DNA of 63,994 bases, the filler included, from Catajapyx aquilonaris (taxonomy: Eukaryota), in assembly GCA_000934665.2 (NCBI GenBank). It is 3 parts of 3 records of this genome, joined end to end, with 100 filler letters (N's around TTAATTAATTAA, not from the genome) between each part and the next. Parts side by side here need not be neighbours in the genome. Positions count along the whole stretch, not along the records: positions 21,607 to 43,015 come from JYFJ02006061.1; 2 more parts are not named here. One strand, written 5' to 3'. The notes below the pieces were generated by a model. That model did no database searches. It was not told the origin of the DNA and was given only the letters and a program-made list of their open reading frames with translations. Of the stretch, positions 25,150 through 37,942 are shown in pieces. How positions within the stretch are numbered: the stretch's first letter is position 1; every line of letters starts with the position of its first letter. A program made the translations under genes and the position numbers.

Positions 25150-25890
25150 TCATTTCACCCTGGCTGTAGTAGACCATTTCCTGACCTCTTGGTGGGAAAA
25201 TATATGCTGCTTTTGATTACCTGGTGCGGAGTCACCTTCCCACCGAGGAAGGCACTGTACACTGATAAAGGAATTTTCAGAATTTACCCAGCCTCTAATT
25301 CCCCATTTATTCCTCAAAATATACACATCATCTGTGAGCTTCTGTTGCACTGGAACTCACGATATCTTCTGACATGCTTCTGTGGCACTGTAAACTGGAG
25401 TAGCCGGGTGATTTTTCCATCCGTCCCTTATCCATCCTACTTGCCAGTTTTGCACCTCAAGGTTGAGGCACACGTGCTCTGTTCAATGTATCCGGGACTC
25501 TTAATGAACCGCCTGTCTTGTGCTGGATCTGAGAGCTGACCTTCATTCCCAGCCATGAATGGGCCACACTACAGCTGAGTTTGTAGTTGGCAGTGAGACG
25601 ACTTCCAGCCAAGAAGTCATCCAGCAAGTTTAAGAGGCTCTCCTTTACATTTTCCAAAGGGTCAAAATCATTCTTTTTTCCGGTTATTTGGCAACAAGGA
25701 GACAGCAGTAGATAATTGCAGCTTAAAAAAAGAAGTCTTTCATAGTTTACAGGTGACCTAATTTTGCATTTTTGTGGATAGTAGTGTGCAATATAGGCAT
25801 ATGGAATGCAGAACACTTCGTGTATTTGTTGCAAAAGTGGCAATTTGGATATAATAGACCTCAGTTATAGAGACTAAATGTGGTCTCATA
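25150..25890 (+). mobile_element. Decayed longer relative of the Tigger-like MITE at 36937-37446
   Basis: Shared blocks GGTGGGAAAATAT, GGGTGATTTTTCCATC, AAAATCATTCTTTTT, AAAAGTGGCAATTTGG. Confidence 0.6.
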
Positions 25891-27026
25891 AAGTCCCTCA
25901 CATCAGACGTCTACTTCAGACACAAGCACAAATGTGCTCATATCACCAAGACACTAACAGCTAGTGGCAGTGAGCAAGCAGTGAAACTTCCTGTTACTTC
26001 GGGCTTCTTTTTTCCTCACTGCTCCTTCTAGCAGCTTTGCATGATTTACTAGTTTTCACTAGTCAAGGTGATAAGCAGCTACGACCATGAGCTTCAAATG
26101 TATATAGCTTGATCAAATGAAAATAATAAAAGTCCCATATAATTATTGTAAAAATTTAAAACCCACAATTTGAGATGTCATTTGAGATGGACACTTGCTG
26201 ACTTGTATGCTACTCATAAGTTCAGGCACAATGTTGAGAGGTGGATTGTGGGTCAGATGGCAGCAGTGTAAACAGAGTGGCAGAGCTCTTATGAACATGA
26301 GAAAATGCAATAAACATTTTTAAAACTCACTATTTGTGATTCTGTTTGAGAAGGCCTGTTGCACATTTCTCCTTTCAAACAGCATCCCAAATCGTGAGTT
26401 ATAACAAAACATTTTTACACTTTGCTCGCATTCGTTTTGGACAACCCTCGTGCTGACATGCAGCCCAGTTGAATCAACCATTACATTAACTTTCATGCAA
26501 ACCTTTCTGTCACAATACTGGCAATGCCGCATATATGAATGAACATTATGATTCACCTATTATAATGTGAGGTCCTATACAACAATACTCCTATAGCAAC
26601 TGCAAACTATGGTAGGCTACTTGATTCATTTTACAGGCTGTCAACAAAGCTTGTAGCTGTGGCTCAAATAGTTATGAGACACTCAAATGAATTCGCGTCA
26701 ATAATGTATGTGAATAATTCGTACATAAGCCTACATGTAATACCCCCATAATAGTTAATAGCGATAAAACAAAATTAAAACTGTTCCAAATTAGTTGCAG
26801 TGCAGATGTATCTGTTAGGTGTATTAGTCTGTTGGAGCAAAGTGTTATAGACCTTGTGGTTTTAAAGGGTGGCATAGATTTCATTTTCCAAACCCTGTAT
26901 ATTCTCACACCAATCTGGATCAATTTGGGACGGTAACTAGTGCATCATCCAATGCCAGAAATTCAGTTATTTGGTTTTTCATAATTACATGTAGGACAGC
27001 CTTAGGTTTTGCATGCACCATATAAC

Positions 27027-27220
27027 TGAAATTCTCCGATGCGTGGGGAAATGGGCATAAGTAAAAAATATATATTATTTGACTTATGCGCTTTTCCCCC
27101 CGAATCCTAGCATTCACCTCTATTAATCCACCTCATGGATTCGGGGGGGAAAGAGCACCAGTCAAATAATAATTTGTTTGACTTATAAATGCCCTTTTTC
27201 CCGTGCATCCGAGAATTAAT
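27027..27220. repeat. Imperfect ~190-nt palindrome (MITE-like)
   Basis: AATTCTCCGATGCG...TTATTTGACT...TTTTCCCCCCGAATCC mirrored by GGATTCGGGGGGAAAG...AGTCAAATAA...GCATCCGAGAATT. Confidence 0.65.
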
Positions 27221-27231
27221 TAGTCATTTTA

Positions 27232-27440
27232 TGGGGAGGCATGGTGGTCAAGCGGTTACGCCGCTGGGTGCTGGCCAGCCAAGCGGGAGGCCGGGGTTCA
27301 AATCCCGTCCCCGTCACCTCTGCTTGGCCGGGTCTTTTTCCGCTTTTCACCCGATATGCCGGGGCAGAATTGCACTCCCTACTCTGCCCGAGGCCAGCAG
27401 AAAAGGTCTGGTGTACTTCACAAAGTCAGAAATGACTTAA
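27232..27440 (+). mobile_element. tRNA-derived SINE, second family
   Basis: A-box-like TGGTCAAGCGG and B-box GGTTCAAATCCC followed by a non-tRNA body. Confidence 0.6.
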
Positions 27441-28158
27441 AATTACACTGTCCTCCCTTGGGAACCTCCCCTTCTGCCCTATCACGTTGTTGTTGTTTTT
27501 TACCTTTTTTTAAAAAAAATAAGTCGTTTCATTACGTTGGCATCACCAAGATTTGCTGGTCAAAACAACTACTTAATGGTAATCACCATAAATTCATTGT
27601 AAGTGAAATATTATGTTGGGTGTTTTAGCATCCATTTCCATCATTATCATACACAAGGTTAACTGCTTTTCCCTAGATGTTCAAATCATCGATAATGAAA
27701 TAGTGAAAATAAGTTTCAAATTATCCCTATTAAAACTGTGGGATTCTCACCATTCCATTGTATTGAAAAAAATTGACCCTGCATTTTGAACCAAATCATC
27801 AAAAATTTAATTCGCAGAACAGACCCTTCATCCTATGAATGACATCCATCAGTAGGTATCCGCAACACAGCCAAGTAAGGGTCGAAAATGCTTCAGTCTA
27901 TTCCATGTTGCCACTGGCATTGTGATTTGTGAGTACAAAATTCTGTAATATGTTAACTGGATTCCTCTGCCCTGAACAAATGCCATCAGGCCATATGAAG
28001 CTAACTGAATACGCAATGAAAGCAGTCGGCAGGCGGTGGCAGGAAACGCAATAATTAAAACAACTGGCTGGAAACCTGGAAAAACTTGCACAATTTTTAA
28101 ATATGACATCAAGATTAGTGGGGTCATTATTTCCATATGCAATGTTCCTCCCAATGGC

Positions 28159-28632
28159 TCACCTCCGACTGAGGTCCAATGGCTGTCTTTGTTCCTCCTC
28201 CTCCTCCTCCTCCTTCTTGACATCTGGAAGGTCAGCAGACTCATCCTGATGGGTCTGAACCACCAGACTCTGCCCCAGACTACCATCCTCCTCCTCCTTG
28301 ACATCTGGAAGGTCAACGGACTCATCCTGATGGGTCTGAACCACCAGACTCTGCCCCAGACTACCATCCTCCTCTTCCTTGATCACCACGACCTCTCCTT
28401 CGACGGTCACTTGCCCCCACCCTTCTTCTTCCTCCGCCAGCTCGACCTGTTGATCCCCCACCTTCTCTTCCTCATCCTCTTCCTTGATCTCCACCACCTC
28501 AATCACCTCCAGGTAGGAGCTGATCCTCCTCCTCACCTGCACCAGATGCAGGGGCCGGAGGGGCCTCCTGGGCGGCCCCATCCCTGCCCGGCCGTACAAG
28601 TGAGATCCTCGGAACAGAAGGCTGTTGGCCAT
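28159..28632 (-). CDS. Unrecognised acidic protein or exon ending in PLDLS (157 aa, or spliced at 28163)
   Basis: Open frame, CAAAGATGG start context, in-frame 81-nt tandem duplication; the stop overlaps a consensus donor AG|GTGAG. Confidence 0.55.
   Translation of the reverse strand: MANSLLFRGSHLYGRAGMGPPRRPLRPLHLVQVRRRISSYLEVIEVVEIKEEDEEEKVGDQQVELAEEEEGWGQVTVEGEVVVIKEEEDGSLGQSLVVQTHQDESVDLPDVKEEEDGSLGQSLVVQTHQDESADLPDVKKEEEEEEEQRQPLDLSRR
28217..28381. repeat. Two-copy 81-nt tandem duplication inside the ORF
   Basis: TTGACATCTGGAAGGTCA at 28217 and 28298; 27-aa unit KEEEDGSLGQSLVVQTHQDES(V/A)DLPDV. Confidence 0.92.
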
Positions 28633-29801
28633 CTTTGGAACTTTTCCCTCGCTTTGTCAGCGCACAAGGCACAACGGAATCCACGGGGTTGCCAGTACGC
28701 ACACACATGCTCAATCCGCTCTTGTTAACAACGCACCTGAGTCCGAAAACCATATAAAAATATAATATGGCTTTTCAACAAGCATATTAAGATTAACAGA
28801 GGTTTAATTTACTAAAATTGAGCCAGCTTGTGACGTCACAGGGAGGTGCTGCCATCTCGTGCTGCTTTTCAAACTTGCTCCCCAAAAGACGAAAACATTT
28901 CATACGTTTCGATTTCGATAGAAAGATTCTCATTGAAAAGAGATCTCTCCAATCTTTTTGAAATTACGTTTTAAGGACATTTGCAATAGTGAAAGGGGAC
29001 ACAAAACGCCCCGTATATCACTGTAGGAAAGCAATCGACAAGAACATTAATTGCATGCCAACAGAAATAAATAAGAGCAAATAAAACATTCTCTTCAGTA
29101 TAAAATATTTTAAAAATAAAAATAAAAGTACTGAAACTAGGCAGGTGCACGTAATACAATATATTGACTTTTATAAGAAACGTGGAATTTAAAAAAAAAG
29201 AAAAATGCGACTTTTGTGTGTGTGTGGGGGGGGGGNGGGGGTTAACTTATTTCCTGCAGACAGGGTTGAAATTTTCGCAACACTCTTTCGTTGTAATGTC
29301 CATTATCTAGTTGTTTCTGGCTTATCATGTTTAAATAATGCCAAATATCTTACATTAGCGACAAAAACGTAGGAAATGAACCTGTCACTGTCCGGACGTG
29401 CCTGCTTTTTGGGGGAATCCTCGAAGGACACATGTATATTCAAGGACCCATCATGGCAACAGCAAAGATTTCTGTGGGGATTACCCCCAATGATTGAGTC
29501 AGAGACAGTGTAGTCAGGCAAAATATTATTTCAGACAATTTTTTTCAGTATCTGAGTAAAAATTATGCAAAATAATAGTTAAAACGTTGTTGACCAACTT
29601 CACGGTGCAGAACCTATTTATTTGGCCTGTGGCAATCAAATCATGCTGTTTCTCATGAAATACTGTAGGCTTACACTAATGCTACTATGAATAAAAAGAG
29701 ACTGGTGATTCGTTTGTTGATAATCGAATATGAATTTACTGGCATTATGTTCGTTTTCTCATATATGGAAATGTCAGAATACTTTTGTCTAAAACTTTAT
29801 A

Positions 29802-29918
29802 TCAGGACGTTAAGGGACTACACTGTGTGCATTTGGTGATGAAAGCATGAAATTTGCTACGAATGTTCGTCACCACATGCACAGCAGTTGACCCATTTTT
29901 CGTCCCTTAACGTCCTGA
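29802..29918. mobile_element. Short MITE-like element, 17-bp TIR
   Basis: TCAGGACGTTAAGGGAC ... GTCCCTTAACGTCCTGA. Confidence 0.55.
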
Positions 29919-32287
29919 CTACTTATGCTTGATCAGCAGGTGTACCACCATTGCAATGAGCAAATGCGCACTTCGTAGATCCTGATTTGTAAGCAGCTCG
30001 ACTCGACACGTAAATTCTTCCTATTGATGAAGGTTGACAACTTAAGCAAGTGTATTACCACCACTTGCAAGTAAGAAACCCTCCCACGTTTCAAAGTCGC
30101 AGAAACCGTCCAGCAAGAAAAGCAACGTCGCCTGACAAGTAAGAGAGGGTCTGTATGGGGGCCTCCCCATGCATTTTATAGCGGACAGTCTCTATAAATA
30201 ATACCTGGCCGGCCTCGCATGTCGGAAGTCTTGAGGGGGACCTCCTGAATGAGGAGCAGGGTTTCCCAATAAGGGACGTCCGAGCCCCGGACGACGTTTA
30301 TAAGTAGCCAACCAGACGTTTATGTATGCCGGTCTCAAACCTGTGCGAAGGAACCCGCCTTTTCTTGTGACCCCTTCCTCTTAGTGCCGCCCTTTGCTGC
30401 CCTCAACCCCAGGAATGTCCGGCCTAATAGAGGGCCGGGATTAAATTTAATTGCCCGTGGTCTCACTCTGCCCTCGAGTCCTAATTGAAATAAAATAAGG
30501 GCATGCAGTAGGTAGAGAGGGGGGGCTGTTTCCTCCAGGAAAATGACTGGACTGGAGGAAAGCGGCGTCTTGAATGCGTAATGGTTTAACCAGCAATTGC
30601 GTATTTATAGCCAGGAGGTGAAGCACCAATTGTAGGAAGGAGTAATTAGAGCCAACTTGAGGGATGAGAGGACTTGGTGGGGGAGGAGGCGCTAACTTTG
30701 TCAGAGGTTTGCTCGTGAGGAAATGTCGAGTTGTCCGCGAATTTTGGGCCAGCATTTGGCTCAATAATTTACTGCCAGTTTGCTTTGCTGGGTTTCTGCA
30801 CGTGGCTCTTATTTTTTTACCCAGTCACAGCACTCCAAAGGCTACTTGATTACACAGACATCTGAAGCCATGAATGAATATATGTTCTCGCAAAAGTAGT
30901 TTGGTGGACAAATCAGTTTAAAACGTGCAATGTTCAATCTACAAACTGTAGTGACTCTGATCGTTCAGCATTTCATGTCCTTTCCTAAATCAAGCTTCAG
31001 GATATACAGTATTACTTTGCCAATTAAATTGCAAAATGCGATTCTACAGGTATGGCCGGTATACTTTCTCACATACTATAGTCGAGAATTTAAAAAATAA
31101 AGTTCCTCATAAATTCTGCAAAAAATAGTATTTTTTGTTACTTTGTTACGTCATAAGTAATCGTACAAAAGTAAACTGCTTACAATCAGAGTAAGAAAAT
31201 TTTCTTACCCTTTTAAGTATGATTGAGTGCCTGCAGTGTGTGGTAACTGTATAGCCCAGACATCGCATCCTAAAATGAGAGAGAATGTGTCGCCAAAATC
31301 TTTGTGTACCTATTCAACCGACTGTGCGTAAATCGGAGAGCGTATACGAATGCTTTGAAAAAAAAAAAGATAAAAAAAAATTGCAAATGGGTTTGATTCC
31401 GTACGATTTTCCAGCGGAAACAACCAGGCATTTCCGCATGGAGCACAATGGCCCATAATAGTGATTGCCGTATGTATAAAATGCGCAGATCAAAGTATTG
31501 CAGATTATTTCTTTTTTGCCATGTTTGATCGCAAGGTTGCTTTTTTTTAAAAAAAATGCTGCTATGGTTGTTGTTTAAACTCCATTGTCATTAGTACCGG
31601 TGCAAGGTACTGAATGAGTATGTAGGACTATACCTGAGGGACTTTGTGTTTCGAATTTTTGTTCAACAAAATATTTTACCTTGCAGATTTTTTTTTTTTC
31701 ATGTTTGAGGATGATTATACGCATTCCAAATGGATATTTTTACATGATTTTATATCTCGTCCATTTTTTGGGGGTCGAAAGGAATGTAATTTGACCTTAC
31801 ATATTACCATCCAAAATTGACCGCATTACAGAGGTCACAACTGTATTACTACATACGTAAGACCCTCCCAAAATTGGAACCTACTGTACTTAATGTAAAA
31901 TAAAGTTCTTTCTGAGAGAGTCATATATTTTGGATAATTTCCAGATATTTGGGTCTGACATGAAGTTGTGAAGATTTCATCATTTTACGTAATAATCATT
32001 TTCATGCATTTCTGAAGGCGTGGAATAATTGATATAACAAAAAACTGACTTAACTATCACTCTGTGCCATGAGCTATATTATTTGCGTAACTAATTAGAT
32101 TGACTGAAATTATTTTTCATTGAAACTAATTTTTGCCTTGTGTCTATGCTTTATTTGCACGGACAACTAAAGATATTTGCCATGGGCCCATCCGGACTAC
32201 AGTTTTGACAACTTTTTTTAAATGCACGATATTGTGTGCACATTATATGTCTCTAAATCCTGCATATTTCAACAGGGACACTGAGCC

Positions 32288-32881
32288 ATGTCAAAGAAGG
32301 AGAGGGACGATGAGCATCGCGAGCGTATCCTCAACTCCTCCATTGACAACCTCAGGCGCATTCGAGATCGCAACCTTCACCGTCTCTCTATCTCTTTGAC
32401 CCAATTGGGGCTCAAGAGCCGTGAGATAAAAGCTCGGCAAGAGAGATTTTCCATGTCTTCTCAACACCTTCTTGATCTTGAGCACCTAGCTGATGAGAAA
32501 GAAAAGGAGGAACCACCACCTCTCAGACGTGACAGAGCCAACTCCTCTGCATCCTCAGCAATTTCTTCATCTTTGTCAGGAACTGCATCCAGCATTTCAG
32601 GCCGAAAGCAACAGAAGTGGTCAGTGATGCTGTGTCCCACATGCTCGCAGCCATGTGGGATTTATCTCCAAAAGCATAAGGAGCACAAACGGCTCCCATC
32701 GCTGGATCTTCCTTCACTACACATCCCACTGACTCCTGTTCCTAAGAGGCTACCTGACAAGAGCCTGTCTGTCGACACATACTCACCAGGATTAGCTCCA
32801 CCCCCTGCCAACATTTCAAGACGTGTGTCAGCTCCAGAAGTTATAATAACTACACCTGAGGGTTTGCATCGACGCACTTAA
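32288..32881 (+). CDS. Unrecognised 197-aa protein, single coding exon
   Basis: Acceptor TATTTCAACAG just upstream, GCCATG start, open frame compositionally distinct from the AT-rich flanks; convergent with the kinesin. Confidence 0.7.
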   Translation: MSKKERDDEHRERILNSSIDNLRRIRDRNLHRLSISLTQLGLKSREIKARQERFSMSSQHLLDLEHLADEKEKEEPPPLRRDRANSSASSAISSSLSGTASSISGRKQQKWSVMLCPTCSQPCGIYLQKHKEHKRLPSLDLPSLHIPLTPVPKRLPDKSLSVDTYSPGLAPPPANISRRVSAPEVIITTPEGLHRRT

Positions 32882-33703
32882 AAAAATTGATGTATTACTA
32901 AAAACAATGTACAGTTACACTCTAGGTACAAAAAATGTAAGCCATAAAAATATACTTAAAATGTCTGAACACTTGGCAGGCACTTTGAATACTGTACAGC
33001 TACAGTCTATGAACAAAACAAAAAAACAAAAAGCAAAGTACTTCAGTCCGTAGCAGCCTGAATATTTGGCAGGAATATTATAACTGTACAACCATAGTCA
33101 CAATTAATAAGCGTTAGAACACTACAGTACCTCAGCCATGATTACGTGCTAATTGCAATAATAATGCCCAAAATGCATCTGATTAGTCTGGGTGTGAAAA
33201 AGGTTGCCAAAAGGTTTTCAAGTGCTGGGCAATGTAACATTCGTTGCATTTATCATCCCGTCATCACAGACAAGAGCATATTCCTTAGGCTCGTAAACAA
33301 TGCAATTAAACTGATCTGTTTCTTGCCAAAATGAGTTTTTTGCAAGCCTTACGCTCATTTGCATCAACTTTTTTTGTCAGAATTATTGGTGCATGCGGGC
33401 AAGAGTATTACAACTGGTAGGTCACCAGAGTGACGAAGCTAGTTTTCTGACACAGGAAAATACTGTGACCTCTTTCACACCAAGATGTGACAAGTTATAA
33501 GGCACCTAGCATCTTCATGCCTTAATATCACCAATCCGATGCTAAGTACATCCTAAGTCTGGAGAAATTGTGGCCTCGAGAAATAAATACATGTTTAAAA
33601 AAAAGGCACTGTACATTAAGAATTGGCACTTCTTTCCCCTTCTGAAACCTGTCCTGATCACACTGCGCTTGAGAATATTTCAGGCACTGTACAACTTTGA
33701 CAC

Positions 33704-36700
33704 TTATTGCTTCCCATGGTGCGCCCTGTCTCTACTTTCCCTTGGCTCCTGCTGGATTATCAGTTTATTCCTTGCCCTAACCACTTTTGTCGTTGTTGAA
33801 CCATGGCTAGACTTGGACTGCCCTGGAACAGTTGTCCTCGTTTTAACCTGTGGCTGAGTGGCACTAGATGGACCTGCAGCCACTCCTGCTTCAAGGGCTT
33901 CTTCCCATTTAGCACGGTCTCCATTGGTTAAATGGATCCCTCTCCTCTCCACCAACTCCTTGAATCTCTTCTTGCACCCCTTCTTGAAGACTTCGTCTGC
34001 ATGCTGCTGTTGCTGATGGTGGTGGTGATGGTGCCTCCCTTCTCCAGCTCCTCCAAACCTGAGCCCTCCCTCAGTGTTGCCTCCCAGTCGTCGGATGACC
34101 TCCTCGTACTCAGCAAACCGATTCCTAGCCTTCATTTCCACCCGCTTTGCCTCCTGGGCTTTGTGTATCATATGAAGTTCCAGATCCTTATTAATCTGCT
34201 CTATGTCACTCTGGCATTTCTCCAGGTGAATACAAACCATGCGCAAATCCACCACCTGGCAAAATTATGAGGTAAGATCAACCCATATGCAACACAATGT
34301 AGAGGTAATTTAAAAATTAAAAAATTAGTACCTTCCGGAAGTACTTGTACAGCAACCTCCTTGTCTCTGACTGTGAGAGGTTGAGAAGGCGGTAGAGCAA
34401 TCCATTGTCCTCTTCGTGGTGACCCAGCCTCAGCTGGCTTGGACTCAGTTCCCTCTCTCTGCCACAGAGCAGCTCGTTCTTAAACTCTATAGCCATGTCC
34501 ACAGCCTCCACTGCCTCATCCAACTCTACCATGCCTCTCTCTTCTTCTGGGCGCAGCTCTTCCTTTGTCTCCAGCATGAGCTTCTCTTCTGCTAGCTTGT
34601 CACGCACTGTCCGCAACTCATGGATTTCTGCTGTCAGGGCACGTGAGTCTGACATCTCATTGGTTTCAGATGCCCGACGGCCCAGTTCTCTTCCCCTCTG
34701 CCTTTCCTTTTCTAACTCCTTCTCCAAGGAGGCACAATGGTTCTCCTCATCTTTTAGCATCCGCTGCAGAGCTCGCTTCTCCTCCTTCAGTGATGATATG
34801 CTGTCCTCCATTTTCTGAAATCTACAGATGACATTAAATTTTTACAGTTGCCATATTTAGGCAAGTTGAGTTAAACTTTTATACAACTTGGCAGTTAGAA
34901 AAGAAAGTACACAACTTATTATACCTCTTAGCCTTTGCATTGGCCTCCTTGACAGCCTGGTCTGCCTCCCTGAACTTGCCCTCAATCTGTTCCACCTGCA
35001 TCTTGCATGCATCTACGGTAGCCTGTTGATCTCCACCAGAAGTTTCCATTCCCATTTTGCTCAGCACCTTTTGTGCTGCTGCCAGATCCTGCTTGGTTGC
35101 TTCTGCCTCTTCCTCCAGCTCCTCTAACCTTCTCTGGAAGGTTCGCTTGGCGCCCTCTGCCTTCCTTCCATTTCGCAGCAGCTCACGAATGAATGCGTCC
35201 TTCAGGCGTATTGTTGACTCCATCTCCTTTAAGCTCTGGTGGGCCTCCTCCTCCTCCTCCTCTTCTTCTTCCTCATCCTCATCCTCGCCTTCCGTTTCAC
35301 TTCCACCAGCTTCCTTAGCAAAAGCACAGGCAACTTTCAGCACATCCTCTTGGCCCATTCCAGGGTGGATGCTCTCACGGCGCCCGTTTTGCAAGCGTGT
35401 GCGAGCTGGAGGAGCAGGAGTGTCATCCTCTTTGTTCTCCAGTGAATCCGCATCATCCTCATACAGTTCAATGTCACCTGCATCCTCAGCAGTCTGAATG
35501 AGAACATCGAGTGATTCCCAGAATTTTGCTCGTAGTGACTCCATATGCTCCTCGAGGTCTGATGTTTCGGACGCGATGTCCGACTGGGTCTCAGTCTCAG
35601 TCTTCTCCTCTGGCTCGGATATTTCCTCTGATAGGGAAAGAATCAAAATTATTTCTAATAAGGATCAGGAGTGCACAACGCGCAAAACTAAAAATTAATT
35701 AAAAGTCAAGCCTCACCTATGGCCTCGAGAGGCCGTTGAATTGCATTAGCTTCACGTGCCACCTCTTCTGCACATTCCGTCCCATCATTCGTAATGCACT
35801 CGTCACACTCCTCCTTCAGACACAGCCAGGACTGAATCTGCATCCGGAGATCATCACTCACCCCATTACACTTCTGGAGATTCCCAAACAGCTCCTGAGC
35901 ATTTCCAACCAATTGCTGCCACTGGTGGGATGCAAACTGAAGGCGGAACAGGACATCTTGCTGCTGCTGCTGTGGCTCCTGAACTGGCTGAACTTCTTGC
36001 TGCTGGAGGGGCTGCTCTACCTCCAGGACCTGAGAATTGACCACAGGTCGGTTGCGGATGTTTCGACTCCTTCTGGCGTACTTCAGCGTGTTCAGGCTCT
36101 CATCAAAATCCAATGATGCAGGAGACACACAGCAAACCATCAGAGTCTTGGCTGTCCCACCCAGTGAGTCCTTCAGGATGCGTGTCAATTTTGAGTCACG
36201 ATAAGGGACGTACGATGCTTTTCGCCTCGGGTCACCCAGAGCTGCGGAATAAGGCAGGATTTTGCACTTCTACCCTACAAAATACTCTCATGGTTCATAA
36301 TCTCATAACTTGTTCAATTGCAAAGTAAGAAATAGTAAATAAAATCTGAAAGGTATTTTTTCAAAGGACAACCTTTCAGCTTGACACATACCAAATTTTT
36401 CTTCGCACCATTTGCAAGTAAGTCTCACTGTATTTTTAAACAACTAATGATTCCAACCTGAAATCACATTCCCAAGGGCAAGTAGACCGGAGTTGATGTA
36501 AATTGACTCCTGCAGACGATCTCCCGTGTTCCCAGTCCTGTCAGCCCTCTCCGACCCAGCTAGATCCACAAAATAAAACTTGGATTCCTTCTGGTGGACC
36601 AGCGCTCCCTCGCTCCAAGCCTGGTCCAGGGTGACGATGAAGACTGAATGCGACCTGCTGGACTGGGAGTTCATGGCTGTGGTGCCAGTGTGCCTCATGC

Positions 36701-37942
36701 TTATTCCGGTCTCCAAGCAGGCCAGCACGTCTGTAATGGTCAGACAATCCACTTCCTGCACTCCAACCAGCACAGTGTTCCCTTCTTTATCCTCCCGGAT
36801 TGCCACCTCCCTGGGATACGGGTTCATTGCCAGGAGGTCCTTCACCTCTTCCCGATACACTTCCAGAAAGCTGGCTCGCACACCAAACCTGCAATATCAG
36901 CATGGTATTATAGACTACCATGTTCCACCTCAAGTACAGTTGAATCTGGATATAACATCCTTGGTTATAACAGACTGGAACTTCCATAAGTTCTGTGTAT
37001 TTTTACTTCTGATATAAGACTAATTTTCACCTCACCTTGGCTATAACAGACCATTTATTGGCCTCGTGATGGGAAAATACGTTGTTTTCAATTACCTGGC
37101 TTCCTTTCCCACACGAGGAAAGCACTGCATACTGGATCAGGGGTGATTTTCCCATCTGTCACTGATCTAAGTGCTCCTTTACACTTACCAAAATGATCAA
37201 AATCATTCTTTTTCAGGTATATTTGGCAACATGGAGATGGCAGAAGAAAAAGATGCATTTTTTGGTCCTGCATACCTTTTGGGTGAGCTAATGTTGAATT
37301 TTTGTCGATAGTTTCATTAATCAACATGCAGTAGTGTTCATTATAGACATGCGGAAAGCGGAAAACTTTGTGTATTCATTGAAAAGTGGCAATTTGGCTA
37401 TAACAGAGCATTTTCCTCTGTCCCTTGTTATATCCGGATTCAACTGTACAATGTTAGGAATAATTTGCAAGGAAAGTACCTCCGCCCACTCCGGCCTCCA
37501 GCAAAGTCATTAATCTTGTAGAACATGTGCCTGACAGCCCTTGGAACAATCCCGAACTCCGCCTCATCCATCGCACAATTCAAATCAGGTCCCACCATGG
37601 TGTACGTCTTTCCCGACCCAGTCTGACCGTAGGCAATCACAGTCACATTGTAACCCTCGAAGTAACTGTGGAGGAGTGGCTCCACGCATGTGGCATAGAG
37701 GTGCGTCTGGTCCATGTCAGACGGCAAGGCATGGTCGAAGCTGAAGACCCACTCCCCGCCCAGGACAAGCTGGCCCCGGGCAGGGATCACCTGCACGCAG
37801 CTCACCTCATGCGCACGGTCATGAGACAGCATCGGCCGAAGCTGCAAATATTTTGTACATGTAGTTAAAGAGACACACGGACATGGTGACGTATCGTTCA
37901 ATCGTGCCTTACCCGAATAGCGACTCTGACTGGCACCTCCAT
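33704..37942 (-). CDS. KIF27: Kinesin-4, KIF7/KIF27/costal-2 orthology group, ~1030 aa
   Basis: Coding exons 37913-37942, 37480-37841, 36458-36888, 35717-36241, 34925-35627, 34332-34821, 33704-34255 (3093 nt, phases consistent). Motor motifs [29 protein letters not shown]; tail motifs [18 protein letters not shown] and [13 protein letters not shown] typical of KIF7/KIF27. A 5' UTR exon ends at a donor near 38055. The symbol denotes the KIF7/KIF27 group. Confidence 0.92.
36937..37446. mobile_element. Tigger/pogo-like MITE filling most of a kinesin intron
   Basis: TA|CAGTTGAATCTGGATATAAC ... GTTATATCCGGATTCAACTG|TA. Confidence 0.88.

Noticed and set aside
28036..28728. 230-aa Leu/His-rich plus-strand ORF
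   Set aside because: Antisense shadow of the Glu-rich minus-strand ORF; the same applies to plus-strand ORFs over the kinesin and HERC4 exons.
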